A DNA stretch of 36,241 bases. Origin: Chlorokybus atmophyticus (lineage: Eukaryota; Plantae; Mesostigma and Chlorokybus algae). The stretch covers positions 15,893 through 52,133 of the forward strand of contig RHPI01001043.1 in the NCBI GenBank assembly GCA_009103225.1, in the 5' to 3' direction. Shown here piece by piece: positions 12,478 through 26,941 of this stretch. Both the position numbers and the translations under genes were made by a program. Below the pieces are notes generated by a model. That model made no database searches. It saw only the letters and a list, made by a program, of their open reading frames with translations, and was not told the DNA's origin. Position 1 is the stretch's first letter. Every line of letters starts with the position of its first letter.

Positions 12478-15400
12478 TCATGCAGCAACCGCGCCAGTGG
12501 TAGCCGCGTGCAGCGCATCCTGCACAGCGGTGGATGTGGCCACCCAGCCGCCGATTGCTCCCTGCGACTTGACCATGGAGACCGCAGCAGCTTTGAATCT
12601 GCAACGCATATTCACAAAATTCAGTTGCAACAAGCGAGTGGTCTATGCGGTCAAGCTATTGACAATCTCACTCTGGGAAGTAGGACTCCGTGCAGTCTTC
12701 CAGCAGCAAGCACTGGTAGCCACGGTCGTTTGCTTCACGCAGCGTCGTCTGCACGCAAACTTCGGAAGTGACTCCACCAATGAGCAGGTGTGTGATGCCA
12801 TGGATCCTGCCAGCAGCCGCAGCGTACACAAGTGAGCAACAGATCGCAACGACTCAAGGTGTTCTCCCTGACACAGGTGAGTAGCTAAACGTGGCGCATA
12901 TGTACTGTATTGCCTGAGGATACTGCTTACTTGAGATAGTCCGCAAGCTCCGTGTTGTAGAATGAGCCTTTGCCCGGTTTCCACAGTTTCTGCATGAATA
13001 CAACCACTACCAGTGAACGCATGTAAAGGTATGAAACAACAAGCAAGGAGAGGTAGTAGGAAACCGTGTACGCACACTTGTCATACGCTCAGGTTGTAAG
13101 AGTGGCATACCCAACAAAGTGTTGCACAAAAAGCATAATAGAGGTAACAGCAGAACGCACCTTCTCTGCAGGCAGAGCATCGCACTCATCCACGAGGTTG
13201 TTGCCATACTCATGTCGAATGAGGATTCTTCCCATGTCACCCTGCGGAGAGGTGATAAGGCACGGCCACAACAAGACGGACGGAGACAGAGCCCCAACAC
13301 AACAGCACTCACCGCGTCGCCAATGCGCTTGCCCACTGGCGGGTTGCCGCGCGTGATCTTGGTCGAGTGAAGGTCAGAGCAGTCGGGATAGTGGGCTTCC
13401 AGGGTATGTATCACATGGACGCCATGCTCACGGGCGGCATTCTGTATGCCAAACATGCACACTGTAAGCGACTCAACCTGCTACGCATGAGTCAGCAAAC
13501 TACGCGACGTAACAACTGGGTTATCGCTCACCAGCATTGAGCTGACAGCAGGTATGATAGCTTGCAGAAGCTCCACTTTGTTCCCAAGAGCGGCACCGAA
13601 ACCCCCATGAAGGACAAAGTCCTTCTGCATGTCAATCATAAGCACTGCTGTGCTTGCCACCTACTCGGAAAGCCACCACATAATGGTCAAACATGAGCAC
13701 CAGACAGCGACAAGCATCAGAGTGCCAGGGTTGCCTGCTTACCGGGAACATGAAGTCATAAGGCTCTGCTTTAACCACAACTTGCAGGTTTGCCTTGTCA
13801 TCTGGCAGCGGCCGCGCAACAGGGAAGAGAGGTGCTGTGAGAGCCTCAATCAGTGCCGTTGAGTCCGCAATCGCGCCAAATACTCCACCCTGCGTCATCA
13901 CAACAGTCACCCTCAAACCAGCGAGCCTTTCTTCAAAAAGTGGAGTGACGAAGCCGTTCTACCTGCTTAGTAACCATATTGCATGCAGCTTCATGGTTTG
14001 CAGCGTCTGTTGCAGCGGAGCAATCTGTAAGCAGCAGGCACTCATAGCCTCTATCATTCGCGTCTCGCATGGTTGTGTGCACGCACACGTCGGTTGTGAG
14101 CCCGCACAGCACAATGTTCCTGATACGGCTGCAGAAGGAGAGAGCAAGTGGGTGAGCTTTAGCAGGGGATTCTTGGACTGTGGTACTCACTTTCGTCTCA
14201 GCAACATGTCAAGGTCTGTTGCATAGAACGAGCCCTTGCCCGGCTTCTCAATGATGTCTTCACCATCGAGGGGTGCCAGCTCAGGGATGATCTCCCAACC
14301 CTGTCGGTCATGGGATTGTAGCAGAAGGAGCAAGAGCCCGCACACTCCAACATCGCATAGGAAAAGGAACGATAACATCACACCAAGCATGCCTGTAAAA
14401 GCGACAGGTATCCATCGAACTAGATTTTGGATATGGGATAGCTGCCATCTTGGGCACCCACCTTTTCCCCGCGGGTGAGTATGCGGCCGTCGCTGCTGTC
14501 ATCGCCTATGCCAGCACCTAATTCACGAGACCTCCACAGCTGCGCAAGACAGAATAAAACTTTGTGGTTCTCCAAGCTGTAATGCAACTTCCAGTACTCA
14601 CTTTGTTTTTTGGCAAGTCTGAGAGCGTGTTGGGTCTGTGCCCTTCGCGGGTGTGCATGACATGGAAACCATAGCGGCGGAAGACTTCGAGGACCCGCTT
14701 GATCTTTGGGATTGTCGCCCGCGCATTGGTCAGGTCGTAACCCATGCGGTCCACATACCCACCCTCCCCACAAAAGTCTACTTGCATGTCGATGATGAGC
14801 AGCGTCTAAAGGCAGGCACAATCCAACAGTCAGCAAATGACTACAACGAGACATTGCGCATGTCAACAAAGCAGACGCAGCTGTCTCACTGTGTTGTCTG
14901 GGCGTATGTGTCCATCGTAAGGCCAGAGGTATGGCTTTGAGTCCACGCGCCTTGGCACAACCTTTGCTGGCAGCTCGAAGCCGCCGAGTGCATCCGGCGC
15001 GGCCTTTGCCGTGTAGTTGCGCCACCCGCGATAGGCTGTTATGTCCCGCATATTCTATGTGGGACATTGCATTGCCACAGTTACTGAGATGCATATACAG
15101 ATGAGCCTGACAGCTAGGCCATGCTGCTGGCAGACCTGAATGATGTAAGGCTCTCCGAGCACGCCGAAGCATGTGCTGCCGTCGTCCATCTTCATCAATC
15201 CGACCATAAGGCCTCTGGGCTCATCCGCCATAATCATGGCCAAGCCTTGAGGCGTCACATCAAACAACTGCGCAAGGAAAGAGACCGTACGCACAAGCCA
15301 TCTGCACTGTACCCAACTGCTGATGCTCACACAAGACGCTGTGTGCAAGTTGTGCTAACCACCAGACGTTACCTCAACTTCGATGGAGGCTCCGTCTTTG

Positions 15401-16074
15401 CTCTGCATCAAAGCTGGGTACTTGCCTTCAACCGCGTAGATGCGGTAACAGGGAGCAGTCCTGCATTCTCTGCGGTACCAAACAATCGTCAAGTACGGCA
15501 TTGAGCCCAGACGTTCAGTGCTGAACCACCCACATCTCCTCCCGTATGTGCAGGTACTTGCAGGGACTGTTAATTACTACCACTAGCTGCATTGTGTGCG
15601 GCATGGTTGGAGCAGGTCTGTGTAGAAGCATAGCGTGCGGTGTGTGTTGGTTTGTTGGCTGTGCTCATTGTGCTGCTGCATGTGTGCGGGATGGTGCGGT
15701 CTGTGCTGGCACTGCCTGCGGGAGTGACACGTGTGCTTGCATACGCATTGTGCTTTATTAGCAAGTTCTATCCATCAACATCCATCCCTCTGCTCATCAC
15801 GCTAAAGCAGCACCCAGGCAGCTGCCGAGGTAACCATGCAGAGATCCAGTATTGCACGCATGAGCCAAGCTCAAGTCAAGCAATTTCACATTCACAAGCA
15901 CGATGACCAGACCGACTGCACAAAGCGAGCTGCTCACTTGACGAATTTCGCCCCCGCATTCACCATGCGGAAGTTTTGGTCGAGCCCCTGCATGAGCTGC
16001 CCGGAGACAGCCAGCTGCCAGCTGCCAGCCGGCGACGGAGCCATCCCTTTGGCACTCGCCCCGTCCGTTACCAT
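12478..16074 (-). CDS. Gene A: tri-domain fusion of allophanate-hydrolase-C-like domain + biuret hydrolase (BiuH)-like + triuret hydrolase (TrtA)-like; both isochorismatase-family triads intact; 15 exons
   Basis: Domain 1: [32 protein letters not shown]|[22 protein letters not shown]. Domain 2: [15 protein letters not shown]|[39 protein letters not shown]|[60 protein letters not shown]|GGVFG. Domain 3: EPYDFMFP|[62 protein letters not shown]|[18 protein letters not shown]. All introns are GT-AG. ATG 16074-16072, stop 12480-12478. Confidence 0.9.
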
Positions 16075-16631
16075 AGCGGAGCTCTCCCAGCCTCCCAAAC
16101 CACCACCACCACCACCTCCTCCTCCTCCTCCACCTCCGCCCAAAGCGTTGTGAGCAAAGCTGCAATATATACGTTGGCATTCGGAGCCGAGAAGTTGCCG
16201 GCCGCACCCGGTCGCATCACGGCGAGCTTCATCGGTCGCGCGCTTGCCGCCGCGGGTTCAATTCTGCTTTCCGACCGGCTTGGCTTGCTAGCTTATGAAA
16301 AGCCAAATGAGTGAGAGTCGGACGTTGTCATGGTGATTGGAGGTGGAGGCGGCGGCGGCGGCAGCGGAGGAGGAGGGTGACGGGGCAGTGGAGGAGGAGG
16401 TTGGGACAGGGAGGTGCTGCGGACAACGCCGCGTATCGCCGCCAAAGTCCGGGTTCGTGCGGCGTGGCGTTGCTTCGCCTTGCATTGCTTTACTTGCGTT
16501 GCGTTGCGTTGCGTCTTGCCTGCATTGGGCTCGTGCTCTGCATGCAAGCAAGTTGGGTTGTCTCTGTCGCTGGTTGTGTGTGTATGGCCGACTCGCTCAC
16601 CGGCTTGCATTGCATTCCTGTACAGAGCGGC
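16075..16631. promoter_or_regulatory. Probable shared bidirectional promoter/5'UTR region between genes A and B
   Basis: Divergent ATGs lie 557 nt apart. The region is GC-rich, with GGA/GGT/GGC-rich tracts on each sense strand (16092-16140 minus, 16339-16400 plus). A probable 5'UTR intron of gene B ends at cctgtacag|agcggcATG (16625). Confidence 0.5.
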
Positions 16632-20711
<4,080 letters not shown>

Positions 20712-23700
20712 TGATGCGCACAATGTTGTTCTCCTGAGCCAAATGCATTGGCCTCTGTGTGTACATAAGTAATTGTGTTGAGAGGCGGAACATAACCATG
20801 TCTCACTACTACAGCGTAGGTTATGCTCACGCCTAGCGCCTTCATCTGGCAGTCTGATGGAAGCCTTGAGAACGCCATAGCTATCTGGCTCTATTGAACT
20901 AGATGCATACTTGGCTAATGAAGTCAACCATACTTATACGGGTACTGTAGTAGGTATTTATACGCATATCATCTGCATACTTAGGTTGATGCAACATATA
21001 AGACATGCCATTGCTGCATACTGGTTGCTGGTGTGTGAGATGTTTTCCATCTGCATTTGCACCTGCTGTGCGCGGCATGGCATTGTGCAAAGTAGCGCTA
21101 TGTATACAGGCTTGTTTCATTGTATTCTGTGCTCAAAGTGATAGCATATGCCATCTGCATTGTATGCAGATGGCATCTCTACATTGCGAGTGTATGTGCC
21201 GCATGCAAAGTTAATATGAGTGTTGGCAACTTGTGCATGGTTTGGTTGTATGCTTGTGTTTGGTTTCTGCTTTAGTGTGCACCTAGTCATAGCATGCTTG
21301 TAAAGTACACATATGCTATATGTTAGTGCCGGCTTGCCGTAATGTTTGTTGACAAGCAGGTAGCACATGTGGCCATAAGCTCACCAGCAGTTTGAGCACC
21401 ATGCAGCTAGCATGCGAGCGTCCCAAACCCCCTGTGTCTGACGTGTCACTTGAGACACGGATGGAAGAATAAGTACATAAAGACTTACCGAGCAAAAACA
21501 TCATGTAGCAAAGATGCACAACATAGCCACCGGGTTGCGCACGACAACTGCTTGTCGCTTGCAGTTGCAGCTGCGAAGGGAATCTTGAGTTTACCAAACA
21601 TAATCTTTGTGTGCCACTCACTTATATGCACGGCGGGCACTTGACGGTGTTCACGCTTGTGGTAGAGGTGCCCACTTGCGTGTCGTAGTTGCTAGTGTTG
21701 TAGAACATGAATTAGCGCGCGTCTTCACAGTCCGCTTACACGAATTTGCAGCTGCTGTCCTCAATATAGGCCTAATCATAGGTCGCCGACAATTATGGCG
21801 AAGGGCCTTCGCCATTAGCGTGATAGCTGTATATGTTGAGCAGCCAATGCCTGAACAGCTGCGGTCATCGATGTCTACAAAGCTCTCCGTGCGCCAACAC
21901 ACGTGCTTCGTGTTCCCGTAAGACGACTGATGGACAACATGCAAATCAATATTCGACCTGCCGCAATAGCCATGTTCTTCCATCCATCAAGGACAGTCTA
22001 TTTAGCCTGGGCATGTGTGTGCTGAAAAGAGGTGATCGGCTCACCTCTATGTGCGAAACAATGGTCGGGATTCTGTGTTCAGTGCCCTGGGCGGCCATCA
22101 CGAGCAGCAGCAACGCTCATACCGGCATTGGACCGACTCGTCTCGGAGATACACCAGCAGCGACGATGGCGACGCCAAGCAAGAATAGCGCTTACCAAGA
22201 GCCACAACGCACAACAAACGCTTATGAGAGTTTGTTGTGCAATGTGTGCACACATCAAGCCAATGATGAAGTCTATTACGTGTATCTTGCTTAAGAGTAA
22301 GCCTGGCTGGTGCCGTACTGTGGCAGGGTACTGTCGCCAAAGCTTCAATAGTTTAAGGCAACGAAAGTGCATCCACCAAAGTTATCGAAGTCGCCAAAGT
22401 TAGCTCGGACTGGTCAATGTCATGCTGCGTATTAGCGCGTTGCTCGACCTTGAGAAATAATTGTTCAATAACTAATTAAGCTGCGCTTGTTTCAAAAAAT
22501 GCACGTATGACAAGCCACCCAGGCAAGCCGACTTGACAACACGTGTCTTGCCTCACGTCAAGAAGATGCAGATTGCCGATGGGAGAAGGGTAATCGCTAT
22601 ACGTATAATATGCACTGCAACTTGTTATTTGTGCAATTGCAGTCGCAGATGTCCATTCATTATACAACATTGTCCATTGCAATGTCTACTGGTTTCAAGT
22701 GTAAGAAGTTTGCCATTATTCACTTTCAATCTTACAGATGTATTAAGTATCAATCACAATTAAGCAAGCCGTCATGTTAACAATACGGCCATGATGTAAC
22801 ATGGTGATGAATGGTAATATCAATTGCATGAGGAATGCAAGGAGCATGAGTTGAAGCAGCTTTCACTTTGGGTTATAGGGAGTTGGAAGAGGACTTTTGC
22901 CAGCATGTAATATTGCAGTATGTACACGCGTTAAAAGTCATTACATGACAGTAATGCAATTTTCCTCCATGTCATTTGATAGGCAAAAAACACATGACAT
23001 AAACGACAAACATTACAATTTATAATGTGTTGGCTGCTGAAAGTCGTGTACGTAACCTTTTGTCTTACATCTTGCTTTCCATGCGCTTGCATGCAACAGG
23101 TGCACGCTTTACAAAAAATGGCAATTATAAGCTTTAACATTATGCTCATTACCACCACCACAACAATGCTTGTCTTTTGAGGGAGTGTTTGTATGAGTAT
23201 GGTATTCCCACCTATGCACGTCATCGATATTGATGAATTGCTCATCAGAATATGGAATCGTTGAACTGGTAACGCATCACTGGCAAAGTACTTATGTTTA
23301 AACAATGTAAAGCTATCAAGCAAACACACCACAATTGCGGTGACTATTGAGTGCTAGTGATAGGTCCCCGGTTTAGTTAAGTTTTGGTGGCTCAAGTGTA
23401 TGTGTACTATCTAGTGAAGTGAGTCCGTGTGTCCATCTGTATACTGTGTTATTTCTGCTTGTTGCTCCATTACACTGTTCCTATCCTACCCCCACCATTC
23501 AGTGCGTTTGCAGGCGTCGGCGCTTGTGCCTGCTGCTTTGCACCAATAGTCGACGTTGATCGCTTAGGCGGTTGCAATCCAGCCGTCGGCAGTTAAACCA
23601 TACAACCGTTCACTGGGAGTCATTCAAGTCTACTGCCTGGTCCGGAGCCCAAGCCCAAAAATACACCTCACGTGCAGGCAATCGGGCGACATTCAACGCA

Positions 23701-23772
23701 GTGACCGCTGCGCGAAGCAGATTGAATAAACAGACGGTTGGGCGGGCGGACTGTCTCACACAGCAGGCAAGC

Positions 23773-25315
23773 ATGGCGTCAGCGGCGGCGGCGGCGGCGG
23801 CGGCGGTGTGCTTGGTGCTGGCCGTGATTGCCAGCCACACGGTTGCGGTGGCGGCGACCAACTACGACGTGGGATACCCTGATGCTGGCGGCTCACGCAC
23901 AGACGATCTCTGGGACTTCCCCGTCACGCTCAGCAACAGGGTGGGTGATTCGAGGTGAAAGGGGATGGAGAGATGTTTGTTGCTCAATTGATAGGATGAT
24001 CAGGTCACAGAAATACCCGATCAGCATTCGCATGGTTGGTCTGATGAGTTTTGGAAAATCCGTTACCACTGCAACTAGTAGGATATGTTGAAAGAAGAGT
24101 GTCAACGATCCCCATGATCCTGTTGGTCACAGCGTCGTAACATTTGTCATGGTGTTTGTCGCCGCCTACCACTTGATCAACACAGCACAGCGTCTGTGTG
24201 TGGTTTCTGTCACGCCTACTGACACACTCACCCTCCTTGTTCATCTTGCAGCCCGGCTCAAACTTCACGTCCTATCAACAATGGGCCAACCAAAGGCTGA
24301 CGCGGGCGAAGGGTGGCGACACCCTGACCTTCCGCTTCGCCACAAACCAATACACCGTCTTTCGTGTCGCGGATAATCTCAACTACGCCGACTGCAACTC
24401 CACCGGGACCGTGGTATGCACGCACGCACACAGACATGCATACACACGCACATGTACACACACACGCCATCCAGAGCACATAGTTGTTGCTGAGTGGACA
24501 CGCTGTTGGAACTCAGGTGGGCACGGTGTCGCCGGTGGTGTTGACGCTGACCGACTCCACGACGTACTACATCATAAGCAGCATCTCAAAGGCGCAATGC
24601 ACCCAGGGCATGAAGTTCACCTTCACCACCACAAGTGAGCAGCACACACACGTTGCGCGCATGGATTAGTGCACAACGCGCACATGCACAGACATGTGCA
24701 CTTGCAGACATGCGCGTTCGCGCAGTCACACACATGCATACGCATGTGCATGTGGCAAACACGCATATGTGCAGTCATGTGTACACACGCACACACGCCG
24801 ACACAACCTCGTGTGCAGGCTCCCCTCCCCCTCCTCCACCCACACCTCCTCCTCCCCCATCTCCCCCGGCCTCACTCACTCCCGCCCCCGCTCCATCTCC
24901 ATCCGGATCCGGCCAGACTCCCGGCCTGGCCCCCGCTCCCTCCCCCACCACATCAGGAGGCACACCCACACCCGCCCCCGCCCCCGCCCCAGGCAGCGTG
25001 TCACCCAGCAACGCTCCTCCCCCACCCACTTCAACCACACCCGCACCCGGTCCGAGCACGGCGGGAGGGACAACACCACCTTCGGGATCACCTACAACAT
25101 CACCCACAAAATCACCCACATCTGCACCGGGCCCGTCACCCAGCACTTCTCCCACATCATCATCGCCGCCTCCACGCCTTTCACCTCCCCCTGCGGGCAC
25201 CACTGGTGGCACGCCTGCGCCAGCTCCTGCCAAAAACAGTGCGTTGGCGTTGTCCACCACACGCGTCGTTGCGTTGGGATGCGCAGTCGCCGCGATGTTG
25301 GCCATGGCGGTGTAG
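23773..25315 (+). CDS. Phytocyanin/early-nodulin-like chimeric arabinogalactan protein: signal peptide, plastocyanin-like domain, Pro/Ser/Thr/Ala-rich region, GPI-type tail; 4 exons
   Basis: MASAAAAAAAVCLVLAVIASHTVAVAATNYDVG..W..|..YQQWA..GDTLTFRF..YTVFRV..NYADCN..|..LTLTDSTTYYIISSISKAQCTQGMKFTFT..|SPPPPP..APAPS..PAPAKNSALALSTTRVVALGCAVAAMLAMAV*. The Y.VG..W, GD.L.F, Y..C and C..GMK motifs match phytocyanins. Confidence 0.85.
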
Positions 25316-26454
25316 GAACCCCCACATTGGGGTGTTCCGTCGAGTTGATTCAAGCTGGAGAGCTCTCCACCGTGTGTATCATTGTTGCGGTGTTGAACTG
25401 GCTCTGGTGTCGTGTACCGTGCATCTGTAACAACTGTTGGTTGTTGATGTCGGCTGCTGATCTCTGCCATGCTTACTGTTGCGAGTTGTGCACAGTTCAT
25501 CCATATTGCTACTGCGATGCAAGCTCAGAAATGCTTAGGCGGGTTTCAATGCTTGCATATGCGCTTGTGTGTGCGGGGTTATCGGAAGCTCTCCTCACCT
25601 GCAGGCATGCCACGAGATTACCATGCAAGCATGCATGCACACGCGCACACACACATAGCCAACCCACGCATACATGCGTGCACAGACGCGCGTAAGCGTG
25701 CAGGCACACATGTGGACACACATGCGCGCACACACAATTTCAGACGCACACCCACGCACACCCACCCACCCACGCGGCTTACCTCCAATCCACAGTGCTG
25801 CGACGCCTCGCTGTGGTACAGCGCTGACCATCTGTCTTGCATCTGGCCTTGAGCGTGATGCCCTGCCAGGGCGGCTTGCACGTGATGGAGGGGAAAACGC
25901 CAACCCACGCCCACCTGCACGGACTGAGTGAATTGAGAAGCTGGAAACCACTTGCTCACAGAACGCGCAAGGGGACGGACGCCTCCGACACCGGTGGGTG
26001 CACGTTGACCTTGTGTGATGTGATGTGGTTGTGTAGCCAGTGAAAGAGAGAGACACTGCTTGTTCGGCACATGTACACATGCGCTGGTGTAGCGTCAGAC
26101 GTTTCGACATGTGTCCATTTTGTTGAAGCTGCGCATGCGCCAAACGTTGATGCTCAGATCACCAACTAGGTCGTGAACACAAACAGCAACGCCTCTGCCG
26201 TCATAACGGGCTACGACGCTGCCACACGCTCAAGCTGTAGCGTCGCCTGTCGCAGTCTCCTGTGACATGCACGTGGGGGCATGATCTTGTGTCACAGGAC
26301 AGGACAAGGCCTACATGTACGTGCCTGTCCCAATTCTGTACCAGCAATGTTGCTCTTTCATGCCCGGCTACCTTCCTATGAGAGAGTCCAATTGAGTAAG
26401 TTTACAAACTTGCACCTGTTAGTATGAGGCTCATACTTGACAGGCCTCCGTAAG

Positions 26455-26613
26455 GCACTCTATTTGCGTGATTTCGGGCCGTAGGCTACGTCACGCCGCG
26501 GGATTCTCAAGCCGTAGGCTACGGGCCGCCAAAGCACTCTATTTGCGTGATTTCGGGCCGTAACGCACCGTCACGCCGCGGGATTCTCAAGCCGTAGGCT
26601 ACGGCCGCCAAAA
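26455..26613. repeat. Two-copy ~79-nt tandem repeat immediately 3' of the tRNA gene
   Basis: gcactctatttgcgtgatttcgggccgta...gtcacgccgcgggattctcaagccgtaggctacgg starts at both 26455 and 26534. Confidence 0.9.
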
Positions 26614-26625
26614 GTTGCGCGCAGA

Positions 26626-26697
26626 AGCTTCCACTGAGTTTCGAACTCAGGACCTTCTGTTTACAAGACAGATGCTCTACCACTGAGCTATAGAAGC
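26626..26697 (-). tRNA. trnT-UGU: tRNA-Thr (anticodon UGU), intronless
   Basis: Reverse complement: GCTTCTA TA GCTC AGTGGTA GAGC A TCTGT CT-TGT-AA ACAGA AGGTC CTGAG TTCGAAA CTCAG TGGAAGC T. All four stems pair, and a TTTT Pol III terminator lies at 26613-26610. Confidence 0.95.
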
Positions 26698-26941
26698 GCC
26701 CAACGGTTGGAAGACGCTACTATGTTGTTCATACACTGTGTGCATTGTAATATATTAGAATACTGGAATGCTTGTCAACTGTCAGTCGATTGTGGCAAAT
26801 AGAAGCGCCCAGCAACGGCGGTAGGCGGGTGTAAGATATAGCCTAAGTTGTACATGTTGGAGTGCTTGTCAATCTTCAACTGGATGTGACACATGGGAAA
26901 CGTGTGACACACGATGTAATATCATTTACTAAGTGCACATA

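Noticed and set aside
21600-22400. ORFs of ~100-150 aa on both strands and a 9-bp hairpin at 21795-21815
   Set aside because: No family motifs, and a 9-bp stem is expected by chance in 36 kb.
26455-26613. CRISPR-like repeat
   Set aside because: It has only two adjacent copies with no unique spacers and sits in a eukaryotic context.
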